This document shows positions 48,864-63,282 of a stretch of DNA of 64,000 bases, in pieces. The notes under the pieces are model-generated. The model saw only the letters and a list, made by a program, of their open reading frames with translations, did not search any database and was not told where the DNA came from. The translations under genes and the position numbers were made by a program. The first letter of the stretch is position 1, and every line of letters begins with the position of its first letter. The DNA is from Zootoca vivipara. Its lineage: Eukaryota. The stretch is from positions 23,436,001 to 23,500,000 of the forward strand of contig NC_083276.1 of NCBI RefSeq assembly GCF_963506605.1, given 5' to 3'.

Positions 48864-48960
48864 CTAGCAGGGATTTAAAAATACATACAGAGAGAGTAAG
48901 GCTCCGTCTGCTTTATTTCATTAAAAAGTACAGTCTTTTTTCCCAGCTTTAAAGTGTGCA

Positions 48961-49338
48961 GAGGAGGGCAGTCAAAATAATACAGGGTCTGGAAACCAAG
49001 CCTTATGAGGAACAGTTTGAGGCAGTTGGGTGTGTTTAGCCTGGAAACGAGGAAACTGAAAGCATAGCCATCTTCAAATATCTAAATGGCTGTCATGTGG
49101 AAGATGGAGCAAGCTTGTTTTCTCCAGCTCCGGCGGAGGCTAGGATCTGAACCAATGATTCGAGTTACAAAAAAAGGAGATTCCGACTCAACATCAGGAA
49201 TTACTTTCAGACAGTAGAATGGACTCCCTTGGAAAGTGGTAAATTGTGTCTCCTTCCTTGGACATTTTTAAGCAGAGTTTGACAGCTATCTTTACTTGAG
49301 ATCCCTACATTGTAGGGGGTTGGACTACTTGACCCTGA
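48961..49338 (+). mobile_element. CR1 LINE 3' fragment
   Basis: GGTCTGGAAACCAAGCCTTATGAGGAAC..TTTAGCCTGG..GGGGGTTGGACTA. Confidence 0.8.
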
Positions 49339-49874
49339 TAAAATACCTAAATAAATCACATTGTAGATTTAAGGCATCTGAAAACTGAATGCTTCAAAGA
49401 AAACACCAGGCGTGCTACCTGCTTCCTTTTAACTTTCTTCATAGATTTATCAGGACTCCTATTAGTTGGAAGTCTTGTGTCCTATGTGCCCACTTCTTGT
49501 TAAGGACTCTTAGGTGGAAAGCACACCAGCGTCTCGTGGAGTGCTGCAGCAGGGGGAGAAATGGCCCCAGGTGCAGAATTCTGAGGGGGTGCTACCCAGC
49601 ACATCCACAACAGGCTCTCTCACCAACGCCACATGACTGCCACCTTCTGGAGCCACGGGGAGGCGAGCTGTGCTTGGGGAGCTGTGCTTGGCGAGCTGTG
49701 TCTTTAGGGCTTCGGCGGCACCTCCTTTTCATGGCTGGCAAAAGGAACCATAACAGCACATTCTGGGACGCCCATTCAGAATTTTTTAAAAACTCTGAAG
49801 AAACCTTCTCTTGCAGATTCCCTTACCACAGGAATTAGTATCCCCGCGATGTGTTTCCCATCTTCCGAATGCTT

Positions 49875-50233
49875 AGGTAAAGGTAAAGGGACCCCTGACC
49901 GTTAGGTCCAGTCGCGGATGACTCTGGGGTTGTGGCGCTTATCTCACTCTATAGGTCAAGGGAACTGGCGTTTGTCCGCAGACAGCTTCCAGGTCATGTG
50001 GCCAGCATGACTAAGCTGCTTCTGGCGAACCAGAGCACTGCACGGAAACGCCATTTACCTTCCCGCTGGAGCAGTACCTATTTATCTACTTGCACTTTGA
50101 GGTGCTTTCAAACTGCTAGGTTGGCAGGAGCTGGGACCGAACAATGGGAGCTCACCCCATCGCGGGGATTCGAACTGCCAACCTTCTGATTGGCAAGCCC
50201 TAGACTCAGTGGTTTAGACCACAGTGCCACCCG
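49875..50233 (-). mobile_element. Sauria SINE (Squam1), full length
   Basis: (ACCTTT)n tail on minus; diagnostic GGTCATGTGGCCAGCATGAC and TACCTATTTATCTACT; tRNA-like head. Confidence 0.88.
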
Positions 50234-51156
50234 AACGTTTACCCACTCACAATTAGCATCAATGCTGTTTGCTGGTAGGGAAACCAACTATTATTTATTT
50301 GTTTATGGATTTCGCTTGGCCTTTCTACACATAACTTCTAAGGTTGGAAAAACAAAGTTTGTCATGGTGGCTAAAATATGACAGAGTAAGGACAGGCAAA
50401 TGGTGTCTGAGGAGGGAGGCCACTGCAGATTTGGGGTACCACAGTGGAGGCATCTCTGTTCCTTATTCCCAAGGACTGGGCTTCCAGAGCAGTGCCTCAT
50501 TTGATGACCGCAGTGCATGGGCAGGTTTATAATAACTAGATGAAATGCTGGTGGCAATGGCGATTTGCCATGGTGAGACCAAACCCTAAAGGAAATCTAG
50601 GGAAGTTGTGAGAGCTAACCTAGGACACATCTTTGTCTCATAACCAAAATGGCACTTATTGCTCCCGCTTTTTAAAAGAAACAACAGGTGGATGCTGAAG
50701 ATGGTATTTGGAACTGGATTCCAAATCAGACCACTTCCTATCACTTCATAATAGGGTACCAAGGAATCCCGGCCTCATTACTATGTGTCCTCTTTACTGT
50801 CTTCTTTCAACTCCATTTATTCCTGCTTCTGGTCTTCAGCTGTTTTTTATTTAGTGAGATACAAAGCTAGCCGGAAAGGCACATCATCAAAATGCAGATG
50901 CTGCAGTTTTCTAGTGTACTGGAACTTCTAGCCAGCTTCATCTGAGAAAGCTACTTTGCAGTGCCTTTGAAAGCTCTGGTTTATTTTTCACTGTCTCTTA
51001 AGGGTAGCCTGCTTGGTCTGAATATGATCGCATTTCCCTCTGATGTGACACTTTTTAAAATGGGCTTGAAGAAAGAGGAATGCAGAGAATACATAAAAGT
51101 AGGAGAAGACAAGTAGAATGTGGAAATAATCCATTAATAGATAGCAATAAAAATCT

Positions 51157-51515
51157 AAGGTAAAGGACCCCAGATGCTTAAATCCTGTCAAAGGCGCTCG
51201 TCTTGCTTTCAGGCCGAGGGAGCCAGTGTTTGTCCACAGACAGCTTTCCAGGTCATGTGGCCAGCATGACTAAACCACTTCTGGCGCAACAGAACACCAT
51301 GACGGAAACCAGAGCACACAGAAATGCTGATTACCTTCCCACTGCAGGGGTACCTATTTATCTACTTGCATTGGTGTGCTTTTGAACTGCTAGGTGGGCA
51401 GGAGCTGGGACAGAGCAACGGGAGCTCGCCCCGTCATGGGGATTCAAACCGCCGACCTTCTGATCAGCAAGCTCAAGAGGCTCAGTGGTTTAGACCACAG
51501 TGCCACCTGTCTCCC
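51157..51515 (-). mobile_element. Sauria SINE
   Basis: Same diagnostic blocks as the 49875 copy. Confidence 0.85.
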
Positions 51516-52003
51516 TTTAATACAAATCTATACCTACAGTGGAACTAGACAAAAGGGAAATATGGCTCATCAACTTTTAAAGAAGAATTGGGAGAGGGTT
51601 TATAATCCTTTTCCTGTCCACAAGCTCTCCCCTGAAAATCCCTCCTGCCATTTTTAATGGATTTCCTCTCTACTGCTGTCTCCAAAACCAGAAGAGTGGC
51701 TGAGGGGAAAGCACCCTGGTGGGGAGAAGTATGGAATTTGCTTTAGAGAATTAGAAGACATGGGCTTGTGTACACTTCCTTCATACTTGCCAATTCTCTT
51801 ATGTAAGCATCGCTCCAAATCCCTATTACCACCTATTGCAACAAGTGTTTTGGCAGTTCAACAGGGTAGTATCTCNNNNNNNNNNNNNNNNNNNNNNNNN
51901 NNNNNNNNNNNNNNNNNNNNNNNNNNNNNNNNNNNNNNNNNNNNNNNNNNNNNNNNNNNNNNNNNNNNNNNNNNNNNNNNNNNNNNNNNNNNNNNNNNNN
52001 NNN

Positions 52004-52221
52004 CTGCTTTATCACTACCCGAAGGAGTCTCAAAGCGGCTAACAATCTCCTTTCTCCTCCTCCCCCACAACAGACACCCTGTGAGGTGGGTGGGGCTGAG
52101 AGATTTCAAAGAAGTGTGACTAGCCCAAGGTCACCCAGCAGCTGCATGTGGAGGAGCAGAGACGCGAACCCGGCTTCCCAGATTACGAGTATACCGCTCT
52201 TAACCACTACACCACACTGGC
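52004..52221 (-). mobile_element. Same SINE family, reverse orientation, tail in an N gap
   Basis: Reverse complement of the 1045 copy. Confidence 0.85.
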
Positions 52222-55200
52222 AAGTCCCACTGAAATCAACAGGCCAGGAGTGCAAGATTGATGTATGTTATGAAGCAAACTTACAAAACATCTAAGACAG
52301 AGTTGCTGGTTGGTAAGAAGAATGCAAAAGAATAATACAACGGTAGCCAAAATGGTGCCCTCCTGATGTTGTTGGGATACAACTCCCATCATCCCTGCCA
52401 ACTGGCCATGCTGGCTAGAACTATTGGGAGTTGGAGTCCAACAACATTTTGAGTGCACCGTTTTGGCTATCCCTGGACTATGAGATACATTATTTTGGGG
52501 AGGGGAGAGAGATGCAGACAGTCTTGTAATGCTGGAAACTCTAGATAATGGACCAGACTAAGGAATAATAATGTGAATGATAGCAAAAAAGAAGAACAAT
52601 TGCCTTGAAGTAGGGAATAGAATGAGCCACACATTTGAGGATGCTCAGAGCTAAAGAAAACCTCAGTATAGATAGATGTGCATCTTTAGAAGAGAAGCTT
52701 TTGGCCAGCTGTGGACAGCTGATAAGACCAACAATGGCTCTATTCTTGTTTCTGTCACCTCATGCCTATAATCAGAGCATAAATTACACAACGGAGACTT
52801 AGTGGTTATCATCCCAGTTTTGATTTTATGTGATAACAAGCTATATTCCTCTCCACTATACCCCACACCAAAGGAATTCCTGGGTGTTTGGTTTTGGAAA
52901 TAATTTTGATTAAAGATTTTCTTGAATTACAAAAGAACATGCAACACCTCTCTCTCTTTTAATCATAGAGTCTCTTAGTTACATTCAAACACCAGTGATA
53001 ACCATCCTGCTACTGTTTTATTTCTTCTTATATCTGAGGTCTCAGGATTTCATCACAAAAATCAGATCAATCATCCCCACCCCCCCAAAATCTAACACAC
53101 TCTTGGCTGTCTATTCTGACCAACAACTTTAAAATGAGCCATTCCACAGTATGGCTTGGCCTGTTCAGCATGGTTATCAAAAACAGATTGTTTTTAGAGG
53201 CATAGGAGATCTTGTCTTCTTGTTATGTTATTTTGATGTGCTAAATATTATTAATACAATAAACTATACAACAAAAATTTGGTAAAATCCAAAAGATAAG
53301 GAGTTCCCAAAACTTTGCCCCCATGGAGCACTTGAAAATTGCTGAGGGTCTTAGTAAACCACTTACTGTTTTTATATTCCTCCTGTCAAAGCAAAACATA
53401 ATATGCTGTGCCACCTCCAAGATTTCTCCAATGAAAATAGGGACGTCCTAAAGGAAAGCGGGACATTGTGGGATCAAATCAGAAACCAGGATGGCTTCTG
53501 TAAATCTGGGAGGGTCCCTGGAAAATAGGGACACTTGGAGGGTCTCTGCTAAATGTTGTAGAATTTCTAATTGTATTTTCTTAGCTTTTGATTTTTAATA
53601 TTGCATTTTATTGTACTGCAATTTGAATTCTATAGAATGCAATATAAAACATGATAATAAATAATAAAATGTAGAAATACTAAAGAAGGAATAAAAATAC
53701 AATTTAAAATCAACAAGAACAATCAATGCGCTGTGCCCACCATTCACAGCTGCTTCTCCCATTGTTCTTCATAGACCAGCCACTGAGGACCACCTGAATG
53801 AAGCCCATGGGCCACTGGTGATCCATGGACCACAGTTTGGGAACCCCTGCAATAGATCAGTCACCACTCAAATAACAAAGATATGAGACATCAAAATCGC
53901 AACAATGCGGCAAGAACAAAAGAGAGTGTTCCCAAGAGAAAGAATTATGAAGTGCTCCTTAGAGGCCTTCTGACCTTCAGTGGGTCGATTTCCACAAACA
54001 CACTTGCAGAACAGAGTCCTGTACAATGGGAAGGAATTAGGAAAGTTGGGTTGCAGATAAAACTAGTAAGTCAGCACTCCTGAAGGCTTTGTCTAACTTT
54101 GAAATGCAGAAAGTCATTCAAGATTTACAGAAAACCATGAATCTGAACAGGCGACAGACACATCCTGTTCCTAGGGGAGTCTTCCCATGGCTTCTATTCC
54201 ATACTGAAGCATGAAACCAGAAGAAAGATACTCATGGAACAGCTAACCTTCAGCAAAACATATATATCTTTCACACAGATCCCATTGAGTGGTGGAAGCG
54301 CTATTGAATAACCCTGACAGCACAAAACAAACCACAAAGCTTCCTAGTTTTGCCTCTCTGCCCAGCCACCCAGACCCAGGCTTAAAAAATACTGCGATCT
54401 GCACAAATAGGATATGTTTTATCGAACAGGAGAACTTTGTAACACTTGCTCAACCTGATGAATTGCAACACGTCAAGGACACAGCTGTCGTTTTTTTCAG
54501 TGCACGTAGGTTGCTTTATGAATTTCTGCATTACATGAGAAGAGGTAAAAAGACTGATTTGCGGATAGCTCAAAGTGTATGGTACACACTACTTGCCAGT
54601 TTGTAACATAGTATTTTGACTCAAAACACTGGGCTAAATCAGACTTAATGCTAAACCATACTGTAATGTTCTGAGAATGTGCCACCGCAGCCCCCAAACT
54701 TCTGTGTGCCCTTCCCCTTGGACACAAGGAAATTGGAAGTTTTCACTTCTGTATTCCAAACCATAGTTTGCCTTGCCGCCTTAACCTACAGAAACTGTGG
54801 TTAATCTTAACTTTGGTTAGCAGAAAAACCAACTTCAAACCATAGTTTTGTAATTATAGGTTTTTTTGGTAATGTTATAATTATAGTTTTGTAATTATAG
54901 TTAAGATTAATCACAGTTTTGGGTTCTGATGTCATGTTAAACTATTTTTGCTTCTGTTTTAAAGTAACTGCAGTTTAGCATGTTGTCCGAACCCTAAACT
55001 CTTACTCCACAGTTTAGGGTTGGGAAAACATGCTAACTTGTGCTTAATCAAAAACAGAAGCAAATTCTTCTGACCTCTTCCTTGTAGCTTTGCCCTAGGA
55101 GATAGGAGAAGGAGTGGGGGGGGACACATTTAGTTCTCCAAAGCTGATTCTCATAATGCTAAACCAGGGATAGGGAACCTATCGCTGTCTAGATATTCTT

Positions 55201-56819
55201 CAACACCAACGCTCACCAGTCCCAAACAACAAAGCCAATGGTCAAGGCTGATGGGAAATGTAGTCCAATAATACCTGGAGAATCACAGGTTCCCCATCCC
55301 CGTGGTAAACCATAGTTTAGTGTTACATCAGAACAGAGCAGGTGTATTTTAAATCCCAAATCTGGCATAGATCCAGCATTCTCAGGGGCTTTTCAAGCTC
55401 TAAGGTTTGTTTATTCAATTTTATTGGACAACAAAACTAGTTATAGATGAGGCTTTCCAATTACATGAATAATTTTTCATACAGGCCAGAAAATTCTACT
55501 CTATCATATTAGGATATCTTAAATAACCACCAAGCAATGCGCCTATCCAGTTTATAAGGTGCTTCATTTACTCTTTCACATGGGCAACTATTGCAAAAAG
55601 CAGCTGGTGATCTCTGTGAGTGCAGGGTTTCTGAATGGAAAAACGGGGATCGCATGTAGCCTTATGTCTGCAGCAGGTAGATGCAACTGCAACACTAAAT
55701 ACTAATGCTAAAGCTAATAAATGCAAACCCGCTGATGCATGGAAGATTAGATGCCAGCGCTCATCCCTATTAATGAGAAGAGAATGCAAATGAAAAAGAA
55801 GAAGAATAGAACAGAAAGTCAGGTGAATAATCAATGCTAAGATGGGCTAATTTGTTTGGACATTGATTTTGTTGGTTATCCAGGAAAGTGTATTTATTAT
55901 ACTTAGATGTAAAACCTCAGAAATTTCTATTCATCCATCACTGACTGCCATAATACCACAAAGTGCTTAGACAGTACAGATTCATATAGTGTAATTATTT
56001 AATGACTTTTCATTCTGTTGTCTGAATATTAAGATTCATTATAATTTACTTTCCTGACTCCCAATAGCTGAGAAATTATGAACAGCCTGATTTAGAAGAT
56101 GAATGCCTTCTAATATGTAATCTTAGAGCAATCGAAGCAGATCCGAGTTAAATTAATGGAATTTAAAGATTAAACAGGTGAGCAGAATCTCCACACAACC
56201 TGCTTGATGCTTGGATGTAACACTGAGACAGGTTGCTCTGCTTGCCACACACTGGATGCCTGCTATAAGTAAGACTAGCATAAACCACTCCCTATACTTT
56301 TGCTTCTACAGATATCTTAGATTTTCAGCTTAATCCTAAACATGTCTTCACAGAAGTAAAACAGATGAACAGGGGATCCATCAGTTTGTAGAGCTATTAC
56401 AAAAACATTGCCAATTTATATGCATAGGTGACTCTAGGCATTAAGATGGTGAATGGCTGGGATCACACCGGCACTGTGCTTTGCAGTCTGCCCAGATCTG
56501 GGGCTCATCGCAACAGACCCACAACTTGGGCCCCCACCCCAAAGCTTAGCACCTGTGGTACAAGTGGAGGATCTCATTTCTCAACCTGACTCCCTCTTCC
56601 AAAACACTAACTGCACGGCATGAAAAAGAGGCGGTTCTAGGCTAACCCTTTTTAGACAGATGATATTGCAGTGGCACAGAATAAGCCATTTTGGCATCTA
56701 AGCAATACATAAATGAATGAATGAAACAGCTGCATCTAAGGTAGCCAAACGTGCTTCAGGGTGGAAGCCCCACTTTTCCAGTTGCAAATATGCTGTATTT
56801 GGCAACAGAGGTTGCTTAT

Positions 56820-57260
56820 GATTATTTTATGATTATTATTTATTGAATTTATATACCGCCCTATACCCCGGGGTCTCAGGGCAGTTCACAGATTAAAATC
56901 AAGATATAAAACCACAAAATACATAATAAAAATAAAAACAACAACCCAATAGCCCCCCCCCCAAAAAAAAACATTTTATAAGGGCATAGGATGGAAATCA
57001 GATCAACCAAAGGCCTGGTTAAAAAGGAACGTTTTTGGCTGGCGCCTAAAGGTGTAGAATGAAGGCGCCAGGTGAACTTCCCTGGGGAGAGCATCCCACA
57101 GACGGGGGGGCCACTGCAGAGAAGGCCCGTTCTCGTGCTCCCACCCTCCAGACCTATCAAGAAGAAGGCGCATGAAGAAGGGCCTCAGAAGATGATCTCA
57201 GGGTCCACTTAGGTTCACATTGAGAGGTATTGCAGTCCTGAGCCGTTTAAGGCTTTATCA
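56820..57260 (-). mobile_element. L2-like LINE 3' fragment, second family (related piece ~60175-60400)
   Basis: (TTA)n followed by TATACCGCCCTATACC..GGTCTCAGGGCAGTTCACAG. Confidence 0.7.
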
Positions 57261-58685
57261 GTTGTTATCAGTGTTGACGAATTTTGACCCACACGGTTTC
57301 ATCAACACAAAGTCCTGGGTCAGTTACCACTGTATCACAATGAAATGGCACTAGGGGTGGTCATGTGTTAAGGAAGGAGTGAGATTGTGCCCACCGACAA
57401 GACACCTCCTCTTCCTGCATGTTTGATGTACATGAGGGCCCTAAGTGCACCATCACAAAGCTCTTCCACATGAGGAAGGTGAAGAAACGCACAGCATGTC
57501 GATGTCACGGCATGAGGCCTGTTATTCTGCATGTTAAAGAGAAATGATGAGGAGTGTTGAATATGCAGGAATGCCATTTTCAGTGGTGTTCAGAAGCAGC
57601 CCAGTAACCCACACAATGCGTACTTGACTAAAAGCAATGTGTGCACCAGCAAAGGAAGACCTGTCTGAATTATGGCTGACTCCCAGCTGCTCAGCCCCAC
57701 TCCCCTACCCCAGATGATTTTGGTGGGAGAGCTTCTGCCTTGCATGAAAGCAGAGAAGAACAAAGGATGAGGGCAGGAAACATTGCCTTGATAAATCTAG
57801 TTCTATACAGACACCATGCAATTTCAGTTCCTGTAGTGGACTTGATTGCAATTTTATTTTGAGCATCGTTTTGGGAGGTTCTCGGGCCTATAAAATGAGA
57901 CTGAAGTATTCTAAATAAATGCATTTAAAAAGTCATATTCTACTTCTTCCTATCTCACTGGCAGCAAGAGCACTTATTTTTAAAGTCTCACATATGTCTT
58001 GTAAGACACCTGCGTTATTGCAAACCCCACATAAACACGGTCAAAGCAGTAGTTTGCTAGCAAGTGCTGCAGAGCATCTCAAGGTTATAGAAGCATCTTC
58101 ATCCAAGGGCTAAGAAAGACATAACAACATCCTTGATGCAAGAAAATAATGGTGACTAAAAGATGAAACCTCACATATTTTATCTGACATTCCTCTCTCC
58201 TTCTTCAAAATGGAAAACAGAAGTAACTACCGTGCATATTGCATCTCCAGCACCAACAATATTCCAAAGCACAATTATTTTCCAGAAACCTAATAATGTC
58301 ATCACTCACATTGTCAGATACCAAATAGTCATGCAAGAACCAACCAGCTAATGGCCAGCATTATGCAGCAGCTGGATGCAAAATACACCCCGGTGCATAT
58401 TTTAAACTGAAAATGAATCCTGTCAATTGTTTCTCCTGCTCTCATTGCTATGAAAACGACATTATTCTTCCAAGTGTTTGTCTTACAAAAAGATTCCTCT
58501 CCTGGTTAGCATAATTCTACCCAGTGCTAGTCAACAAGTGTAGCTATGAAACCAAAAGTTTACGAGAACTAGTAATCTGATGTGCTGTTATTCAACACGA
58601 CAATGAAAACAGTTAGAATGAATCCTTCTCTGACAAGAGTGGAATCAAAGGCTAATTTTTAAAAAAATCATTATACAGTACCTAC

Positions 58686-58819
58686 TTTTCTATAGGTGGC
58701 TGACAGTGGTCTTCTACTCTCCCTGGAACTAGATCGGGACCCATTTTTAGATGAAATCATCTCTTTTTCACATTTTTCGACTTCTTTCTTGAGTTTCTCT
58801 CTTCGCTGCTGGTCTGAAA
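58686..58819 (-). CDS. SPATA7: SPATA7 exon 5
   Basis: (L)SDQQRREKLKKEVEKCEKEMISSKNGSRSSSRESRRPLSATYRK; 134 bp; donor gtaggt. Confidence 0.92.
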
Positions 58820-61800
58820 CTTAAGGTAAGGAAAAATGAACCAGAGTTAAAAAACAGGGATTCATATTAAGGCTCTTTTTAGTAATTAAATTACTGAGCT
58901 ATTATGTGTTGTGATGGACTGAGGAAATTGAAAGTTTAGAGATATTGTCCAAAAATGTATAATGCTCAGTTTAATTATGTATCACATAAGTGTTATCATC
59001 ACCCATCTGGGTCTACTACCACACAAATAGTTATGTGTAACAACTACAATTCCCCTCATCCCTGGCCATGATTGCTGAAATTGATGGGAGTTGAAGGCCA
59101 GCAACATCTGGAGGGTGAAAGGTTCCCCAGAACTGGAATAATCAAATACAAATAAACAAATAAAACAGTTGCTTCTTTAAAGTCAATTGGAATTTCATTT
59201 GTACTTCAATGGTACTAAGACGAACTCTTATTTTGTTGTGGTTAACATTAAGTAGACAAATAATATTTACTTGGCAATGTCACATATTTGTCATAAATAT
59301 GCTGAAGATGCCCCTCTGGCCTTTTGATAGCTGAACTTTTAACAATACAACCTACCTGGAAATTATTAATTAATGTATGAGAGTTTTCGGTTGGTGGTTT
59401 TGTTTGCTTTTAAATTGGATTATTCATGTTGTCGTAACCCAAACTGGCAGCTAATGGCAAAGGTTGGGCAAGGAATCAAACCAAATGAATAAGTATCAGT
59501 AGGGCTTCATTAAGAACAAACGTATTAAACACACAGGTTGGCAGCTAAAGTTATATTTCACTCTCATAATCAATTTGAGTCAAATGTAATCCAAGAAGCT
59601 TGGACTTCATTCCCCCCCTAAATTGTTAACTGTTATTTCAACTTTCAGATAACGGGCTACAAGGTGGACAACTTGTGGTTTCTGAAAAATGAGTAGATAT
59701 TCCTTTAAAATAAACGCAGGCTCTGAAACATTCTGTCGAAGTGAGTAATTCAGTGTGGCACCAAGTATACAAAGTCAATGAGGCCATACTTCTGTGAAGT
59801 GATCTGTGAATCATCTTTATAGATGACACAATAGATATCTGTTAATTAAAATGCTAGGAACCGTTCTGGCTTCATTTTTTCTGGCTGCTCATACAATCAG
59901 ACACACTATCTTTTATATGACTGCATATGGAAGAAATCACAGTGAGTGACTGCAGAATTCCACACATCAATTTGTTATAGCTAAAACTTTGGCTCAAATC
60001 CAAAGAAAGTTAGTAACCTGAATGTTCCATTGAACTTAGTAGGATTCAAATAAGTTTCAACAGGTTTGTCATAGTGATCTCTATGTAAATTGAAACATTG
60101 GAAGTTTCCCCTGGGTTTATGTTTCATATTTAAAATGAATATACTTCAAGTGTGCTTTGGATCGCCAATGTGTAGTAGTAGTAGTAGTAGTAGTAGTAGT
60201 TATTATTATTATTAGAATTTATATACCACCCTAAAACTGGAAGTCTCAGGGCAGTTCACAGGACAAAATCAAAATATAAAGCCACAAAAGATATAATCAA
60301 AATAAAAACAATGTCATAAACCTCCCCTGCAACCCCCAACCCACCCACCCCGCATTTTAAAAGGGCTGTCAATCAAATCAACCAAAGGCCTGGTTAAAAA
60401 GTTTTCCTCCATAAATGATTAAAGAGGAAAGTAAGAGGTGAAGCTTTGGAGCCAGTGGATAAAATTTATTTATGCCAGCTTGGCATTTTCTTACAACATA
60501 AAGCTTATCAAATACAAACAAAAACAACCCAATTTCTTCAAACCCATTAGAACAGCAGAAAAGCCTTACTGGATCAAACCAAAGGCCTACCTCTTGCTTG
60601 CACAGTGGCCAACCAGATGATGCAAGGAAGCCCATAACTGTCCACTCCCACTCATGTCTCCAGGAACCAGCATTCAGAGGCATGCTACCTACCTCTGATC
60701 CTCATGGTTACAGATAACCACATGACAAGTAGATGCTGATAGCCTTTTCCATCATGAATTTACCCACACAAACCCTTTTAAGACAATGAGCATAAGCCAC
60801 CACACGTTCTCTAATGCAGACCCTCTAACAATGAACAGCTGTGCAATGCTACAAATTCTTTTGTGCAGGAAGCTTTCCTGTTGAAAGCCTTCCTACCCTA
60901 AAAGATGTAAGATGGGAATACAAAGAAGGAAAAGTATTATTGATTTAACAGGTCGGGTTTATTTAACGTATTAAAGTAAAGCACTAAGTGCTGACTATTG
61001 TATTGAAAAACTCCAGGTACAATTTTCTATATGCAATTTTCAAGCAGAACCAAATGTATGTTCCAAAGATACACTGTTTTCTTTTCAGGAAACCAGCAAA
61101 TTACGACACTGGCCAACAGTCAGAGAGCACGAGCCTTGTATGCAGAAGGTTGCTGGTTCAATCCCTGGCATCTTCAGGTACAGCTAGGACATTGTTGTGG
61201 AGCTGCAGCTAGTCTCTTTAAACAATACTGAACTAGATAGACCAATAGTTTGGCTCAGTAAATTCTATGTTCTGCCCATGGATAAGAAGATGGCTCCAAC
61301 TGTCATGTAGCACTGCAAGATGATGCATGCATACGTCACCTAATGAATGCACAGAAATAGCTAGAAAAATAATGAGCCTGTAGCTTGAGAACAGATACAG
61401 TGGAATTACAGGAGGGATATTTATTTTTAACTTGACAAGCAGATGGGTTCCCCCCCCCAACACCTTTGAGTGATAAGTTTGGTGCCCGGCAAGCTCAAAA
61501 TTTTTCAAATCATTACTCCAAAAGTTGCATATGCTTCAACTGTAAAAGTATATTCCTTTATTGTGTTCGCACAGGAAATGCTGGAGACACGCAGACAGCT
61601 TGTCTAATAATGGTAATTTCAGATCAGCCAACACCTGACATGACATTTTCTGTCACATATTGGCTATAAGTCCAATGAATGAATGAATAAGCAAGCAAAG
61701 CAGGCAGGCTCTGAAGGAAGATGACAGGTTTTCCACCAAAGCCTGGAAGGCAGGTATTAGAGAGAAAGAGTAAAATATTCCTACTCTCTTCTATGTTATT

Positions 61801-62130
61801 ATGGAGTGTTTTAACAGCAATGAAGTCATCCGAGTGGGCTTGGCTCACCCTCAGAGTCCGACCTTATTTGAGATCTGTGGAGAATTCCCGCCCCCCACTC
61901 CCAAAGCTAAATTAGGTAGCAACCTGAAAGGATTGATGGGATATTTTCAATGTTAGTCCTACTCAGAGCAGACCCATTGAAATTAATGGAGATGACTAAC
62001 ATAGAATCATAGAGTTGGAAGGGACCCCAAGGGTCATCTATGAAAGGACAATGTATTAAAAAAAGAAAGAAAACACCATAGTATGCCTTCAGAAAAGTTT
62101 TTAGAAGACGAATGCCTCGGAAATACGTAC

Positions 62131-62178
62131 GTTTTATGCTGTTTAACCTGCTTTTTGGTACTGAGCAGTCTACAGCAG
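62131..62178 (-). CDS. SPATA7: SPATA7 probable exon 4
   Basis: Minus strand ttttcag|..|gtacgt; (A)AVDCSVPKSRLNSIK; 48 bp, phase 1-1. Confidence 0.9.
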
Positions 62179-62790
62179 CTGAAAAACAAACAACAAACCA
62201 TTAAAGTGAGTGAATCAACATTCCCTTTGAAGATTTGCAATAAAGAGACTTTGCTTATTGGTGGGATGTCTTTTCGCCAAAGCGACTAAAAATTGAAGAA
62301 GAAAAAACTTCTATGGCTGAAACATAATGGCCAGTCTACATTTTAAATGTTTTCACTTGTTTAACTAGATTTTTTTGTTTTAATGAATCCACTTAGCTGT
62401 GTTAAAGAATGAAATAGAAAGCTTGTGACCGGCTTTTACGGGCATCATAATGAGGATTCCGTGCTGTACTTCAACATCTATGAACTCTTACTACAGAACG
62501 GTAAGGCCTGTAACTGTAGCTGTGGATACGTACTGTTCCCTGACACAGTATTACTTAATAAAGAATGTTTGTTCCTGTCCAAGGCTTTAATGGTTATGGA
62601 ACCTGAGTATTTGTGCCCATGAAGCGACTGTAGAGAATGTGGTCAGTGGTGCATGGAAAATGAGCAACATCTGACGACATCAGCATATTCTAATGGTATA
62701 TTTATTCAAGGCCGCACTCAGATACATACAGAGCATCTAGTTTCTGATACTGTTAATTCTACGAATCAGCCCCATCTGCAAAAAGAGGTA

Positions 62791-63016
62791 CAGTGGTACC
62801 TCGGGTTACAAACGCTTCAGGTTACAAACTCCGCTAACCCAGAAATAGTACCTCAGGTTAAGAACTTTGCTTCAGGATGAGAACAGAAAACATGCTCTGG
62901 TGGCGCGGCGGCAGCAGGAGGCCCCATTAGCTAAAGTGGTGCTTCAGGTTAAGAACAGTTTCAGGTTAAGAACGGACCTCCGGAACAAATTAAGTTCTTA
63001 ACTTGAGGTACCACTG
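62791..63016. mobile_element. Tc1/mariner (Tigger-like) MITE
   Basis: TIR CAGTGGTACCTC; TA TSD. Confidence 0.85.
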
Positions 63017-63282
63017 TACTTTTACAGCCTATTTATCAAGCAAGATGCTAAAGTATGGATCACAGTATAATTAAATGTTTTGGGCACCCAAAGCAGTGTT
63101 TTAAATGTGCACTCCCAATTAGGAGTTTTTATAGCCACAATTAAGTAAAGAGATGATGCGCTTTTGCCCACTGATTTCAAGACCAAGCCATGGCCTGACT
63201 GGGCACTGAATCACAGGAAATGGTCTTAGTGTAGACCACTGATCCATTTGGTTCTAGATTGTGTGCACTGACTGGTAGTGGC

